A stretch of 64,000 bases of DNA from Erythrobacter sp. (GTDB lineage: Bacteria > Pseudomonadota > Alphaproteobacteria > Sphingomonadales > Sphingomonadaceae): the NCBI GenBank assembly GCA_041662105.1, contig JBAZTF010000002.1:133377-197376 (forward strand), given 5' to 3'. Below, one piece after another: positions 1 to 9,388 of this stretch. The notes under the pieces were generated by a model, which saw nothing but the letters and a program-made list of their open reading frames with translations, had not been told where the DNA came from and ran no database searches. A program made the position numbers and the translations under genes. The stretch's first letter is position 1. Every line of letters starts with the position of its first letter.

Positions 1-606
1 GAGAATGGCCGGATCGCCCGCATCCATGCCGCCGGCATAGGCGCCGAATGCGGGCAGGATCATCCGCCCGCCGCCCGCGTCGCCACCGGCGCTCACCACC
101 GCGCAGGGGCGGCGGATATGGCGGTTGCGCACCTTCAGGCGCAGCCGCGGGTGGTAGTGGCCCGACACTTCGGGCCGGGTCTCGCCCCGCTTCGCCATGT
201 GGCGCAGCACCACGCCGCCGACCTCGAGCTCTTTGGCCGGCGTTCCACCAAACCGCGCTTCCGCCGCAGGGTCGTGATTGCCGCTGATCCACACCCAGTC
301 GACCGCCCGGGTCAGCGCGTCGAGCATGCCCGCGGCATGATCTTCCAGCCGCGCCGAACCGTCCGAATCGTGGAAATTGTCGCCCAGCGTGATCACCCGC
401 CGCGCACCGGTCTCGCGGATCGCCAGCGCCACGCGCGCAAGCGTTTCGCGGGTGTCATAGGGCGGGATCGGCTGGCCGTGACGGGCGTAGAAGCTGCCTT
501 TCTCCAGATGCAGATCGGCGACCAGCAGCGCCTGCTCGCGCGGCCAGTAAAGCGCGCGCCCGGCGGTCAGCAGCCATTCTTCATCCGCGAACGAAAGGGG
601 AACCAT
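1..606 (-). CDS. pdeM: Ligase-associated DNA damage response metallophosphoesterase/endonuclease PdeM (3' end runs off the window)
   Basis: Not in the ORF track. Manual translation from ATG 606 gives MVPLSFADEEWLL...LLVADLHLEKGSFYARHGQPIPPYDTRETL...GNHD...MILPAFGAYAGGM, all typical of the PdeM family. Confidence 0.85.
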   Translation of the reverse strand, partial: MVPLSFADEEWLLTAGRALYWPREQALLVADLHLEKGSFYARHGQPIPPYDTRETLARVALAIRETGARRVITLGDNFHDSDGSARLEDHAAGMLDALTRAVDWVWISGNHDPAAEARFGGTPAKELEVGGVVLRHMAKRGETRPEVSGHYHPRLRLKVRNRHIRRPCAVVSAGGDAGGGRMILPAFGAYAGGMDAGDPAIL

Positions 607-651
607 GCCGCGCTATTGCCGCACGCGCCGCGCTTTGGCAAGGGTATCGCC

Positions 652-1509
652 ATGACCGACTGGACCACCCACACTACCCGCGCGAGGGACTGGTTCGAAA
701 CCTTGCGCGACCGCATCTGCGCCGAGTTCGAGGCGATCGAGCGCGAAGCGGGTTCGGACGCCGCCTTCACCCGCACGCCGTGGCAGCGCGAAGAGGCCGG
801 CAACCCCGATCCCGGTGGCGGGGTGCAGGGCCTGATGAAGGGCAAGGTGTTCGAAAAGGTCGGGGTCAATGTCTCGAGCGTGAAGGGCAATTTCAGCCGG
901 GAATTCGCCGGCCAGATCAACGGGGCGAGCGCCGAGCAGCCCGGTTTCACCGCCACCGGGATCAGCCTGGTCGCCCACATGGCCAACCCGCATGTGCCCG
1001 CGGTGCACATGAACACCCGCTTCCTGACCACGCAGGCCGCCTGGTTCGGCGGCGGGGCGGATCTCAACCCGCCGATCCCCTATGCCGAGGATACCGGGGA
1101 ATTCCACGCGCGCCTGCGCGCCGCCTGTGCCGGGCACAACCCGACCTATTACGAACGCTTCAGGAAATGGGCGGATGAGTATTTCTTCATCCCCCATCGC
1201 GGGGTCCATCGCGGGGTCGGCGGGATCTTCTACGACCATCTCGAATGCCCCGACGATTCAGCGTTCGAACGCAATTTCGCCTTCACCCGCGATGTCGGGG
1301 ATGCCTTCATAGACGTGTTCCCCAGGCTGGTCCGCCGCCGGATGGGCAGCGCGTTCACGCCCGAAGACAAGCAGGCGCAGCTCGAATGGCGCGGGCGCTA
1401 CGCCGAATTCAACCTCGTCTGCGACCGGGGCACGCTGTTCGGGCTCAGGACCGGCGGCAATATCGACGCGATCCTGATGAGCCTGCCGCCCGAAGCGGTG
1501 TGGAACTGA
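652..1509 (+). CDS. hemF: Oxygen-dependent coproporphyrinogen III oxidase
   Basis: Motifs FEKVGVNVS, HMNTRF, WFGGGADL, RGVGGIFYD and RGRYAEFNL.DRGTLFGL. Confidence 0.95.
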   Translation: MTDWTTHTTRARDWFETLRDRICAEFEAIEREAGSDAAFTRTPWQREEAGNPDPGGGVQGLMKGKVFEKVGVNVSSVKGNFSREFAGQINGASAEQPGFTATGISLVAHMANPHVPAVHMNTRFLTTQAAWFGGGADLNPPIPYAEDTGEFHARLRAACAGHNPTYYERFRKWADEYFFIPHRGVHRGVGGIFYDHLECPDDSAFERNFAFTRDVGDAFIDVFPRLVRRRMGSAFTPEDKQAQLEWRGRYAEFNLVCDRGTLFGLRTGGNIDAILMSLPPEAVWN

Positions 1510-1655
1510 CCGCAGCCCCCGCCGTTCATCACGAAAAGCAATGCGGCGGCGTGACCATGCACGCTTGCAGCCTTGCGATGAACCGGACTATCGTCATGGA
1601 TTGATACATCAAGCGGACGTGAGGTGGGGCGGACCGGCGAGGAGCAGAATCGGTA

Positions 1656-2756
1656 ATGGGAGTTTACAGTCTGGCACTCGCAACGGCGCTGGCCAGCGTC
1701 CAGCCGCAATGCGAGACGGGTGTCGCATGCTCCGCAGTTCCGGATGAGGCCATCCAGGCGGAGGACGACGCGGCGGCCCCGCCCGGCGATAGCGCGCCCG
1801 CGCCGGCCGCCGAACAGCCCGGCGACGTGCTCCCTGCGCAGGACCAGCCGTCCGATCAGCCGCCGGGGGACACGATCGTCGTGACCGGCGGCACGCCCGA
1901 GGGCGATCCCGCGCAGCAGCTCAACGCCGCGACCTTCGAGACGGTGCAGAAGATCGACGATGCCGTGGTGGCGCCGCTGGCCAAGGCCTATGATCGGCAG
2001 GTGCCCAAGCCGCTCCGTTCGGGGTTGCGCAATTTCCTGCGCAACCTTGGCGAACCGGTCAATTTCCTCAACTTCATGCTCCAGCTGAAGCCGGGGCGGG
2101 CGCTGAAGTCGCTCGGTCGTTTCACGATCAACAGCACGATCGGGGTCGCGGGCCTGTTCGAGGTGGCGGGCAAGGACCCCTTCAACCTGCGCTACGAACC
2201 CAACGGGCTGGCCAATACGCTGGGGTATTACGGGGTAGGGCCGGGCCCCTATCTCTACCTGCCCTTCATCGGGTCGACGACCTTGCGCGACCTGTTCGGG
2301 CGGGTGGTCGATATCTCGACCATCCCCGCCGTGGCGGGCAGGCCGTTCAACCAGCCGGTCTATGCAATTTCCGCCGGGGCGCTCAATTCGCTCGAATCGC
2401 GCATCCTGATCGACGAACAGATCACCGCGGTGCGCGATCAGTGCGGCGATGCCTATTCGGCCACGCGCGACATCTACCTGATCGGGCGCCAGCTCGAAAT
2501 CGACGGGTTGCGCGGCCGCGAATCGGAAGAGCTTGTCGAACTGGTCGAACGGCTCAAGGTCAATTGCGACATCGCGGTGATCCGTGCTGCGAGCGAACAG
2601 GCACGCGTCATGGAAATCGTCGGTGCGGCCGACACGCCGGCGGCGCGGGATGAGGCCGCAACACCTCCCGCGGAACCCCCGGCCGAGGCAGCGCCAGTCC
2701 AGACCACGCCCGATGCGCTCGATCCCGACCCCGATTTCGCGGCGCGCCGGAACTGA
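1656..2756 (+). CDS. mlaA: MlaA/VacJ family lipid-asymmetry protein
   Basis: RNFLRNLGEP, RFTINSTIGVAGLF, TLGYYGVGPGPYLYLPFIGSTTLRD. Confidence 0.85.
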   Translation: MGVYSLALATALASVQPQCETGVACSAVPDEAIQAEDDAAAPPGDSAPAPAAEQPGDVLPAQDQPSDQPPGDTIVVTGGTPEGDPAQQLNAATFETVQKIDDAVVAPLAKAYDRQVPKPLRSGLRNFLRNLGEPVNFLNFMLQLKPGRALKSLGRFTINSTIGVAGLFEVAGKDPFNLRYEPNGLANTLGYYGVGPGPYLYLPFIGSTTLRDLFGRVVDISTIPAVAGRPFNQPVYAISAGALNSLESRILIDEQITAVRDQCGDAYSATRDIYLIGRQLEIDGLRGRESEELVELVERLKVNCDIAVIRAASEQARVMEIVGAADTPAARDEAATPPAEPPAEAAPVQTTPDALDPDPDFAARRN

Positions 2757-2760
2757 CCCG

Positions 2761-3336
2761 ATGTCGCGGCCAAGGATCAGCATTTTTGCGCGCTACCCCG
2801 AGCCCGGCAAGGCGAAGACCCGCCTGATCCCGGCGCTGGGCGCGGACGGCGCGGCGCGGGTCTATACCCGGCTGCTCGAAGGGACGGTCGCGCAGGCACG
2901 CGCGGCGGGCCTGCCGTTCGAGCTGCGCGTGACCGGGGAGCGGAGCGAAGCGTTCCGCGAATGGCTGGGCGACGATTTCGCCGTGGTCGATCAGGGCGGG
3001 GGCGATCTCGGCGCGCGCATGGCCCGCGTGCCCGCACCCGCGCTGCTGATCGGCAGCGATTGTCCCGGCCTCACCGCGCCGATCCTGCGCGCGGCGGCGG
3101 CCCAACTGGCAGAGCGCCGGGTGGTGATCGGTCCGGCCAGCGACGGCGGCTATTACCTGATCGGATTGCGTGAGCCGATGCCGTTCCTGTTCGAGGACAT
3201 GGAGTGGAGCACGCCGCAGGTTTTCGGCGAAACGCTCGGGCGGCTGACCGCCCACGGCATCGCCCCGGCGATCCTGCCCGAACTGTCCGACGTCGACCTG
3301 CCCGAAGACCTCCTGCCGTGGCCGCAGCTGCGGTGA
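2761..3336 (+). CDS. DUF2064/TIGR04282-type (CofC-like) transferase
   Basis: IFARYPEPGKAKTRL, DQGGGDLGARM, LIGSDCP, VIGPASDGGYYLIG, DVD. Confidence 0.85.
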   Translation: MSRPRISIFARYPEPGKAKTRLIPALGADGAARVYTRLLEGTVAQARAAGLPFELRVTGERSEAFREWLGDDFAVVDQGGGDLGARMARVPAPALLIGSDCPGLTAPILRAAAAQLAERRVVIGPASDGGYYLIGLREPMPFLFEDMEWSTPQVFGETLGRLTAHGIAPAILPELSDVDLPEDLLPWPQLR

Positions 3337-4055
3337 GCGTTGCGATCCTCGTTCCCGCGCTCGACGAGGAGGCCGCGCTGCCCGCGCTGGTGGCGCATCT
3401 TGCCCGGCTCGATCCCGCCCCGGCGGACATTCTGCTGGTCGATGGCGGCAGCGCCGACCGCACGCTGGCGATCGCCCGGGCCGCCGGCTGGCGCGTCCTG
3501 CCCAGCGAACGCGGACGCGCCGTGCAGGTCAATCGCGGGGTCGCCGAAACCCGGGGCGAACTGGTCTGCGTGGTCCATGCCGACACGCTGCCGCCGCTGG
3601 ACATGGTCGCGGTGATCGAAGCGACGCTGGCCGATCCGAAGACCGCCCTTGCCAGCTTCACGCCGATGATCCGGGGTCCCGGGAAAATCCGCTGGGGCAC
3701 CACCGCGCACAACTGGATCAAGACCTGGTATGCCCCGCTGATTACCCGTCCGCACCTGTTCGTGCGCGGTGTGCGCCTGCTGTTCGGCGACCATGCGATG
3801 TTCTTTCGCAAGGCCGATTTCCTCGCCGTGGGCGGGTGCACCGCGGGCGATGCGGTGATGGAGGAGGCCGACCTGTGCGTGAAGTTCGCGCGGCTCGGGC
3901 GGATCCGCATGGTGCCGCGCTGGGCCGTCACCTCGGACCGGCGGATCGCCGCCTGGGGGCCGCTCAGGGCCAATTGGATCTATTTCAAGATCGGGATGCT
4001 GTGGGCCTTCGGAATGCGCGAGCGCATGGCGCGCCATTACCCCGACATCCGCTGA
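3333..4055 (+). CDS. TIGR04283-type GT2 glycosyltransferase
   Basis: VPALDE, VDGGSAD, GRAVQVNRG, HADT, FGDHAMF, MEEADL, TSDRR; GTG start overlaps the upstream TGA. Confidence 0.85.
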   Translation: MSVAILVPALDEEAALPALVAHLARLDPAPADILLVDGGSADRTLAIARAAGWRVLPSERGRAVQVNRGVAETRGELVCVVHADTLPPLDMVAVIEATLADPKTALASFTPMIRGPGKIRWGTTAHNWIKTWYAPLITRPHLFVRGVRLLFGDHAMFFRKADFLAVGGCTAGDAVMEEADLCVKFARLGRIRMVPRWAVTSDRRIAAWGPLRANWIYFKIGMLWAFGMRERMARHYPDIR

Positions 4056-4058
4056 CGC

Positions 4059-4226
4059 CCAGTGATTGCGTGCCGGATGGAAACATCCGGTGGCGCGGGG
4101 ATCACGGCCAACAAAGAATGGGCCGGAGCCGTTGCGGTTCGATCATAACCCGAGCAACTCTAGTTGCTTGTTTCACCGTGATTTCCTGGTCGCCAGATGT
4201 TTCCATCCGGCTCGAAATCACTCTAG
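4059..4226. repeat. Composite palindromic repeat locus 1: degenerate module A, module B, inverted module A
   Basis: 4160-4226 is the reverse complement of CTAGAGTGATTTCGAGCCGGATGGAAACATCTGGCGACCAGGAAATCACGGTG..., which recurs at about 16.7, 21.6, 23.9 and 33.1 kb. Confidence 0.9.
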
Positions 4227-4722
4227 CCGAAAGCATGCGCATAGGTGACGGCGCCGCACGGGGCCGGACCGGCGAGGACCAGCCGCTGGAAATATTCGGG
4301 CGGCGGGCCGGGATAGGTCAGCGCGGGATCGTGCTCGAAGCCGAAGCGGCCGTAATAGTCGGGGCTGCCGAGCAGGACGATGCCCTTTGCCCCTTGTGCT
4401 TGCAGGTCGGCGATGCCGCGACGGATCAGCGCCGATCCGATGCCCTGTCCGTGCAGGTCGGGCCATACGCTGGCCGGGCCAAGGCCGAACCAATGCGCGC
4501 TCCCGTCGGCGATCGTCACCGGCGAAAAGGCTATATGGCCGGCGATCCGCCCGGCATCCTGCGCCACCAGCGACAGCGCCAGATCGCCATCGGCGCGCAG
4601 TCGGTCGACGATGCGGGGTCGCTGCCGTCGCTATAGGGAACGCGGCGAAAGGCCGCCTCGGTCAGCGCATGTATGGCCGCCTCATCGCCCGCCCGTTCGG
4701 GCCGGATCGCGATCGCGCTCAT
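4223..4722 (-). pseudogene. GNAT N-acetyltransferase (YhbS-like) with a one-base frameshift near 4615-4619
   Basis: The N-terminal frame MSAIAIRPERAGDEAAIHALTEAAF...YSDGS and the C-terminal frame (P)RIVDRLRADGDLALSLVAQDAGRIAGHIAFSPV...GLGPASV...GIGSALI...YYGRFGF join if one base is added at the G4 run. Confidence 0.8.
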
Positions 4723-5780
4723 GGGAGCAGGTGCCCCGCGCGATCGCGCTTGGTCGCGAGATAGCGGGCATTGTGCGGGTTGTCGGGCAGCGCATGCGGC
4801 ACGCGTTCGGTCACCGCCACGCCCGCGTCCTCCAGCGCGGCCACCTTGGCCGGGTTGTTGGTCATCAGCCGGATGGCGCGCACGCCGAGCAGGTCGAGCA
4901 TGCGCGCGGCGATGGGAAAATCGCGCGCCTCGTCGGGCAGGCCCAGCCGCGTGTTGGCATCGAGCGTGTCGAAGCCCTGGTCCTGCAGGCGATAGGCGCG
5001 CAGCTTGTTGACGAGGCCGATCCCGCGCCCTTCCTGCCGCAGGTATAACAGCACGCCCCAGCCGCCCTTGCCGGCCGCATCCGCCATCGCGTGCAGCGCC
5101 GCGTCGAGTTGCGGGCCGCAATCGCATTTGAGGCTGCCGAGAATGTCACCGGTGAGGCATTCGGAATGGAGCCGGACCAGCGGCGCACGATCCGCGCTCT
5201 GCCGGCCGATCACCAGCGCGACGTGCTCGCGCGTGTCGTCGGGGCTGCGGAAGGCGATGATGCGGGCGTCCTGCGCTGCCGACACGGGAAGCCTTGCCCG
5301 CGTCGCGATTTGCAGCCGCGCGGCATCGGCATAGGCGGCGACATCGCCTGCTTCGAGCGCGACCGGCTCGCCCGCGCGCAGCGGATCGACCAGGAAGGCG
5401 GGGAGCACGCCCGCCATGCGTGCCAGTTCGAGCGCGGCGCGGGCCTGGTCCTCCCACCCCAGCGGCAGCGCCTTGAACGGCCCCTTGAGCGGGGTTTCCA
5501 GGTCGAGCGCGGGGTCGGCCACCGCCAGCGCGTGGGGCAGGTCGAACGGCTCTGCCGCGCGCATCAGCACCGGCTGGCGCGGCACCGCGGCCTCGATCTG
5601 GTTGGCCAGTTTCAGCGTCGCCGCGCGGCTGGCGGAGAGCAGCATGGCGTCGCCCGTCACCTCGCCGAAGGCGGTTTCGACCGGCTGCAATATCGGAGCG
5701 CCCGCGATTGCCAGCGGCCAGCCATGGCGCAGCGCATCGACCGCCTGCGCCGCGCGGCGCGAGGGGCTGGCATCCGTCAG
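4719..5780 (-). CDS. ribA: GTP cyclohydrolase II with N-terminal extension (start uncertain, probably CTG overlapping the xth stop)
   Basis: VRLHSECLTGD, SLKCDCGPQL, QEGRGIGLVNKLRAY, RDF, LMTNNPAK. Confidence 0.9.
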   Translation of the reverse strand: MTDASPSRRAAQAVDALRHGWPLAIAGAPILQPVETAFGEVTGDAMLLSASRAATLKLANQIEAAVPRQPVLMRAAEPFDLPHALAVADPALDLETPLKGPFKALPLGWEDQARAALELARMAGVLPAFLVDPLRAGEPVALEAGDVAAYADAARLQIATRARLPVSAAQDARIIAFRSPDDTREHVALVIGRQSADRAPLVRLHSECLTGDILGSLKCDCGPQLDAALHAMADAAGKGGWGVLLYLRQEGRGIGLVNKLRAYRLQDQGFDTLDANTRLGLPDEARDFPIAARMLDLLGVRAIRLMTNNPAKVAALEDAGVAVTERVPHALPDNPHNARYLATKRDRAGHLLP

Positions 5781-6574
5781 AGCGCGAACTCCGTCACCAG
5801 CGGCACATGGTCCGACGGCTTGTCCCAGTCGCGCGCATATTCGTGGACGCTGTGCCCGCTCGCCTGCTTCGCAAGTTCCGGGCTCGCCCACATATGGTCG
5901 AGGCGGCGGCCGCGATCGCCCGCCTTCCAGTCCTTCGCGCGATAGCTCCACCAGCTGTAATAGCGTTCGGGCGCCTTGATGTGTTCGCGCCCGATATCGG
6001 CCCAGCCATGCGCGTCCATGAAGCGCTGCAGCGCTTCGACCTCGACCGGCGTGTGGCTGACGACCTTGAGCAGCGCCTTGTGGTCCCACACGTCGCTTTC
6101 CATCGGGGCGATGTTGAAATCGCCGACGATCAGCGTCGGGCGCTCGATGGTTTCGGCCCAGCGGGTCATGCGGTCGAGGAAATCGAGCTTCTGGCCGAAC
6201 TTGGGGTTGATCGCACGGTCGGGTTCATCGCCGCCGGCGGGGACATAGACGTTCTCGACCACCATGCCCTGCATTGCGGGATCGGTCAGCTCGACCCCGA
6301 CATGACGCGCCTCGCCATTGTCCTGCCAGTCGTGGCGCGAGAATTCGCTGAACGGGACTTTCCCGACGGTCGCGACCCCGTGATAGCCCTTCTGCCCGTG
6401 CACCGCGAAATGCCCGTAGCCCAGCGCGCGGAAGGCCTCGTAGGGGAACTGGTCTTCCTGGCACTTGATCTCCTGCAGGCACACGATGTCGGGCGATTGC
6501 TGCTCGAGGAAGCGGGTGACGATCGGCATCCGCAGGCGGACCGAATTGATGTTCCAGGTTGCGACAGTGACCAT
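5777..6574 (-). CDS. xth: Exodeoxyribonuclease III, paralog 1
   Basis: ATWNINSVRLR, LQEIK, GQKGYHGVA, NVYVPAG, GDFNIAP, YSWWSYR, RRLDH, SDHVP. Confidence 0.92.
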   Translation of the reverse strand: MVTVATWNINSVRLRMPIVTRFLEQQSPDIVCLQEIKCQEDQFPYEAFRALGYGHFAVHGQKGYHGVATVGKVPFSEFSRHDWQDNGEARHVGVELTDPAMQGMVVENVYVPAGGDEPDRAINPKFGQKLDFLDRMTRWAETIERPTLIVGDFNIAPMESDVWDHKALLKVVSHTPVEVEALQRFMDAHGWADIGREHIKAPERYYSWWSYRAKDWKAGDRGRRLDHMWASPELAKQASGHSVHEYARDWDKPSDHVPLVTEFAL

Positions 6575-6676
6575 GGCGCGGGGGTTAGGCGAGGGGCGCG
6601 CGCGCGGCAAGCGTCACGGTTCCGTATTGCAACGGTTCGATATAGGGGGGCGATTCAGAGCTTCAGGGAGATACTC

Positions 6677-8104
6677 ATGGCGTTGCGCACCTTCGGTCTT
6701 GCCACTTGCGCGGCCGCGCTGACTTTGGGGGCGGGCACCGCCACCATGGCCCGCGAGGCTGCGGCCCCGGCTGCGACCCCCGTCGCGACCGCGGCAGAGG
6801 CCGCGCATGCGAAAAACGTGATCCTGTTCATCGGCGACGGGATGGGCGTGTCGACCGTTACCGCGGCGCGAATCTATGCCGGGCAGAAGCTTGGCCAGAC
6901 GGGCGAGGACTATGTCCTCCCGTTCGAGACCTTCGAACATCTCGCGCTGGTCAAGACCTACAATACCAATGCGCAGGTTCCCGACAGCGCGGGCACCGCC
7001 TCGGCGATGAATACCGGCCTCAAGACCAGGATCGGCATGCTCGGCTATGGGCCTCAGACGCACAACGCCGATTGCCGTTCGGGTGCGGGGCACGAACTGC
7101 CGCTGCTGAGCGAGGAAGCCGGGCAGCGCGGCCTTGCGCTGGGCGTGGTCAGCACCGCGCGCATCACCCATGCCACGCCCGCCGCGGTCTATGCGCGCAG
7201 CGTCGACCGCGACTGGGAGGCCGACAGCGCGATTCCCGAGGCGCAGCGCGGGCTCGGCTGCACCGACATCGCCGCGCAGCTCGTCGGCAGGCCCTTCGAC
7301 GTCGCGCTGGGCGGAGGGCGCGCCGCGTTCTTCGGGGCGGCAGGCAAGGGCCAGCGTCTCGACGCGGCGGCCGACCTGCCCGCCGGCTGGGTCGCGGCGA
7401 GCGGCGGAACCTATGTCGAAAGCGCCGCTGCGCTCGATGCGGCGCCGATGGACAGGCCGGTGCTGGGCCTGTTTTCGCCCAGCCACATGACCTATATGGT
7501 CGATCGCAAGCCCGACAGCAGCGAGCCCACGCTGACCGACATGGCCGCAGCGGCGATCGCGCGGCTGCAACAGGACCCCGACGGCTATTACCTGATGGTC
7601 GAAGGCGGCAAGATCGACCACGGCCACCATGCCGGGCAGGCCGGCTATGCGCTCGAGGAAGCGGTCGAATTCGCCCGCGCCGTGCAATATGCCATCGACC
7701 ACACCGACCCCAGGGACACGCTGATCCTGGTCACGGCCGACCACAGCCACGTCTTCACCATCGCGGGCTATCCGCAGCGCGGCAATCCGATCCTTGGCCT
7801 GGTGGTGTCGCCGAAGGACGATGGCGAGCCGGGCACCGAGCCCGCGCTCGCCGCCGATGGCAAGCCCTATACCACGCTCGGCTATGCCAATGGTCCCGGT
7901 GCGGTGTCGGGCGAGCGGCCGATCCCTGAAACCGGGATCGCCGCGCACCAGCAGGCGCTGTTGCCGCTGGGGTCGGAAACGCATGGCGGCGAGGATGTCC
8001 CGCTCTATGCGCAAGGGCCCGGTGCCGAACGCGTGCGCGGGGTGATGGAGCAGAACCTGATCTACGACGTCATCCGCAAGGCGCTGGGCTGGCCGGACAA
8101 GTAA
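6677..8104 (+). CDS. phoA: Secreted alkaline phosphatase (PhoA/ALP family)
   Basis: Signal peptide, KNVILFIGDGMG, VPDSAGTA, THATPA, VEGGKIDHGHH, VTADHSH, ETHGGEDV. Confidence 0.9.
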   Translation: MALRTFGLATCAAALTLGAGTATMAREAAAPAATPVATAAEAAHAKNVILFIGDGMGVSTVTAARIYAGQKLGQTGEDYVLPFETFEHLALVKTYNTNAQVPDSAGTASAMNTGLKTRIGMLGYGPQTHNADCRSGAGHELPLLSEEAGQRGLALGVVSTARITHATPAAVYARSVDRDWEADSAIPEAQRGLGCTDIAAQLVGRPFDVALGGGRAAFFGAAGKGQRLDAAADLPAGWVAASGGTYVESAAALDAAPMDRPVLGLFSPSHMTYMVDRKPDSSEPTLTDMAAAAIARLQQDPDGYYLMVEGGKIDHGHHAGQAGYALEEAVEFARAVQYAIDHTDPRDTLILVTADHSHVFTIAGYPQRGNPILGLVVSPKDDGEPGTEPALAADGKPYTTLGYANGPGAVSGERPIPETGIAAHQQALLPLGSETHGGEDVPLYAQGPGAERVRGVMEQNLIYDVIRKALGWPDK

Positions 8105-8127
8105 CCGGCCGCCCTTGCCCCCCTGAT

Positions 8128-8256
8128 ACAAAAACCCCCGTGCCGGGGGCATTGGCACGAGGGTTTCTTGTCAGCGTTCGTCACGCTTGGAACGAGATGA
8201 ACCAGTGCGAGCGGATCAACAGGGGGGAAATCCCTCTCGCGTCGTCTCGTTCGAAC
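8128..8256 (-). ncRNA. Candidate small RNA (structured, promoter-like upstream, terminator downstream)
   Basis: Nested stem GAACGAGATGA (8190-8200) / TCGTCTCGTTC (8242-8252) with a C-rich loop on the minus strand; TTGCGC-N15-GATAGT upstream; ends in the hairpin plus TTTT. Confidence 0.35.
8131..8168. terminator. Bidirectional intrinsic terminator-like hairpin
   Basis: AAACCCCCGTGCC...GGCACGAGGGTTT, with A/T tracts on both sides. Confidence 0.7.
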
Positions 8257-8339
8257 AAACTATCGCTGGCGGGCTTGCTGCGCAATGAACGGGCAACAGC
8301 GGGACGTCGCAGATATGCACCCGTCCGCGGTCGAGCCGT

Positions 8340-9014
8340 TCACCCGGGGCGACGGGACGTGCGGCGCGGATCACGGAAGGTGAAAGCGCTGTCCGCCACG
8401 GCCATGCCATAGCGCTGGTTGCGCAGCCGCACCGTGGTGCGATGGTTCTGCGAATCGAGCGCGACCCAGTGGGTCAGCTGCAACCCGCCCGGCGCACTGG
8501 CGCTGCGCGCAAAGATCAGCGTGATCACGCCGTATTCGGGATGCGTGGTGTCGCGCACTTCGATGCTGACCACATCCGGGTGGCCGGTGGGCAGCAGCTT
8601 GCCGTATTTCTTCACGTCGCGGCTGGGATCGAGCAGCGCGCCCAGCGGCGAATTGCTGATCGGCCAGCGCTGGACCTGGTTCACTTCATAGTCGACGAGG
8701 TACATCGACTTGCCGTTCGACACGATCAGCAAGGGCACGCCCTTGGCGTATTGGAAACGGATCTTGCCGGGGCGCTTGAGCGTCATCACCCCTGCCACGC
8801 TCTGGCCGTTGCGGTCGGTCTGGGTGAAGTCCGCCTTCATCGTCGAGATGCTGCGCAGCGCGGCCACCGCCATGTCGAGATCGCCCTCGGCGGCGGTGGC
8901 AGGCTGCGTCGCGACGATCGCCGAAACGGGCAACGCCGCGCCCAGCGCCCAGGCAAATGCGGGGGCCAGCGCGGCGCGCAACGGGTGTCTGGCTGTGCAG
9001 GACAAGCTGCTCAT
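8340..9014 (-). CDS. lolA: Outer-membrane lipoprotein carrier LolA family protein
   Basis: Signal peptide, MKADFTQ, LKRPGKIRFQY, LIVSNGK, PLGALL. Confidence 0.85.
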   Translation of the reverse strand: MSSLSCTARHPLRAALAPAFAWALGAALPVSAIVATQPATAAEGDLDMAVAALRSISTMKADFTQTDRNGQSVAGVMTLKRPGKIRFQYAKGVPLLIVSNGKSMYLVDYEVNQVQRWPISNSPLGALLDPSRDVKKYGKLLPTGHPDVVSIEVRDTTHPEYGVITLIFARSASAPGGLQLTHWVALDSQNHRTTVRLRNQRYGMAVADSAFTFRDPRRTSRRPG

Positions 9015-9088
9015 GCTCCTCGATTGGGGACAGAGCATTGAACCATCACTGAACCCGGCACCATAGCATGGTTCAGCATCGGGCCGGA

Positions 9089-9256
9089 TTACTTGATCTT
9101 GGCTTCCTTGAACTCGACGTGCTTGCGCGCGATCGGGTCGTATTTCTTGAAGGTGAACTTTTCGGTGTGGTTGCGCGGGTTCTTCTTCGTCACGTAGTAG
9201 AAGCCCGTGTCGGCGGTCGAGACGAGCTTGATCTTGACGGTTGCGGGCTTCGCCAT
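9089..9256 (-). CDS. rpmG: 50S ribosomal protein L33
   Basis: Manual translation (below the ORF-track cutoff): [55 protein letters not shown]. Confidence 0.97.
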   Translation of the reverse strand: MAKPATVKIKLVSTADTGFYYVTKKNPRNHTEKFTFKKYDPIARKHVEFKEAKIK

Positions 9257-9388
9257 GGCGTGTTCCTAAAAGATCCTGTGAGGCCCGGTTCGGGGCCGAA
9301 AAAATAAGGGCGGCGCGCGTCGCACCGCCGTTGCGGCGCGCCCATTGGGTGATTCCGGGGGAAAAGTCAAGCGGCGGGGCGCTGTGCG

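Noticed and set aside
5708-6676. Upstream extension of the alkaline phosphatase ORF
   Set aside because: It is antisense to xth; the RBS and signal peptide indicate a start at 6677.
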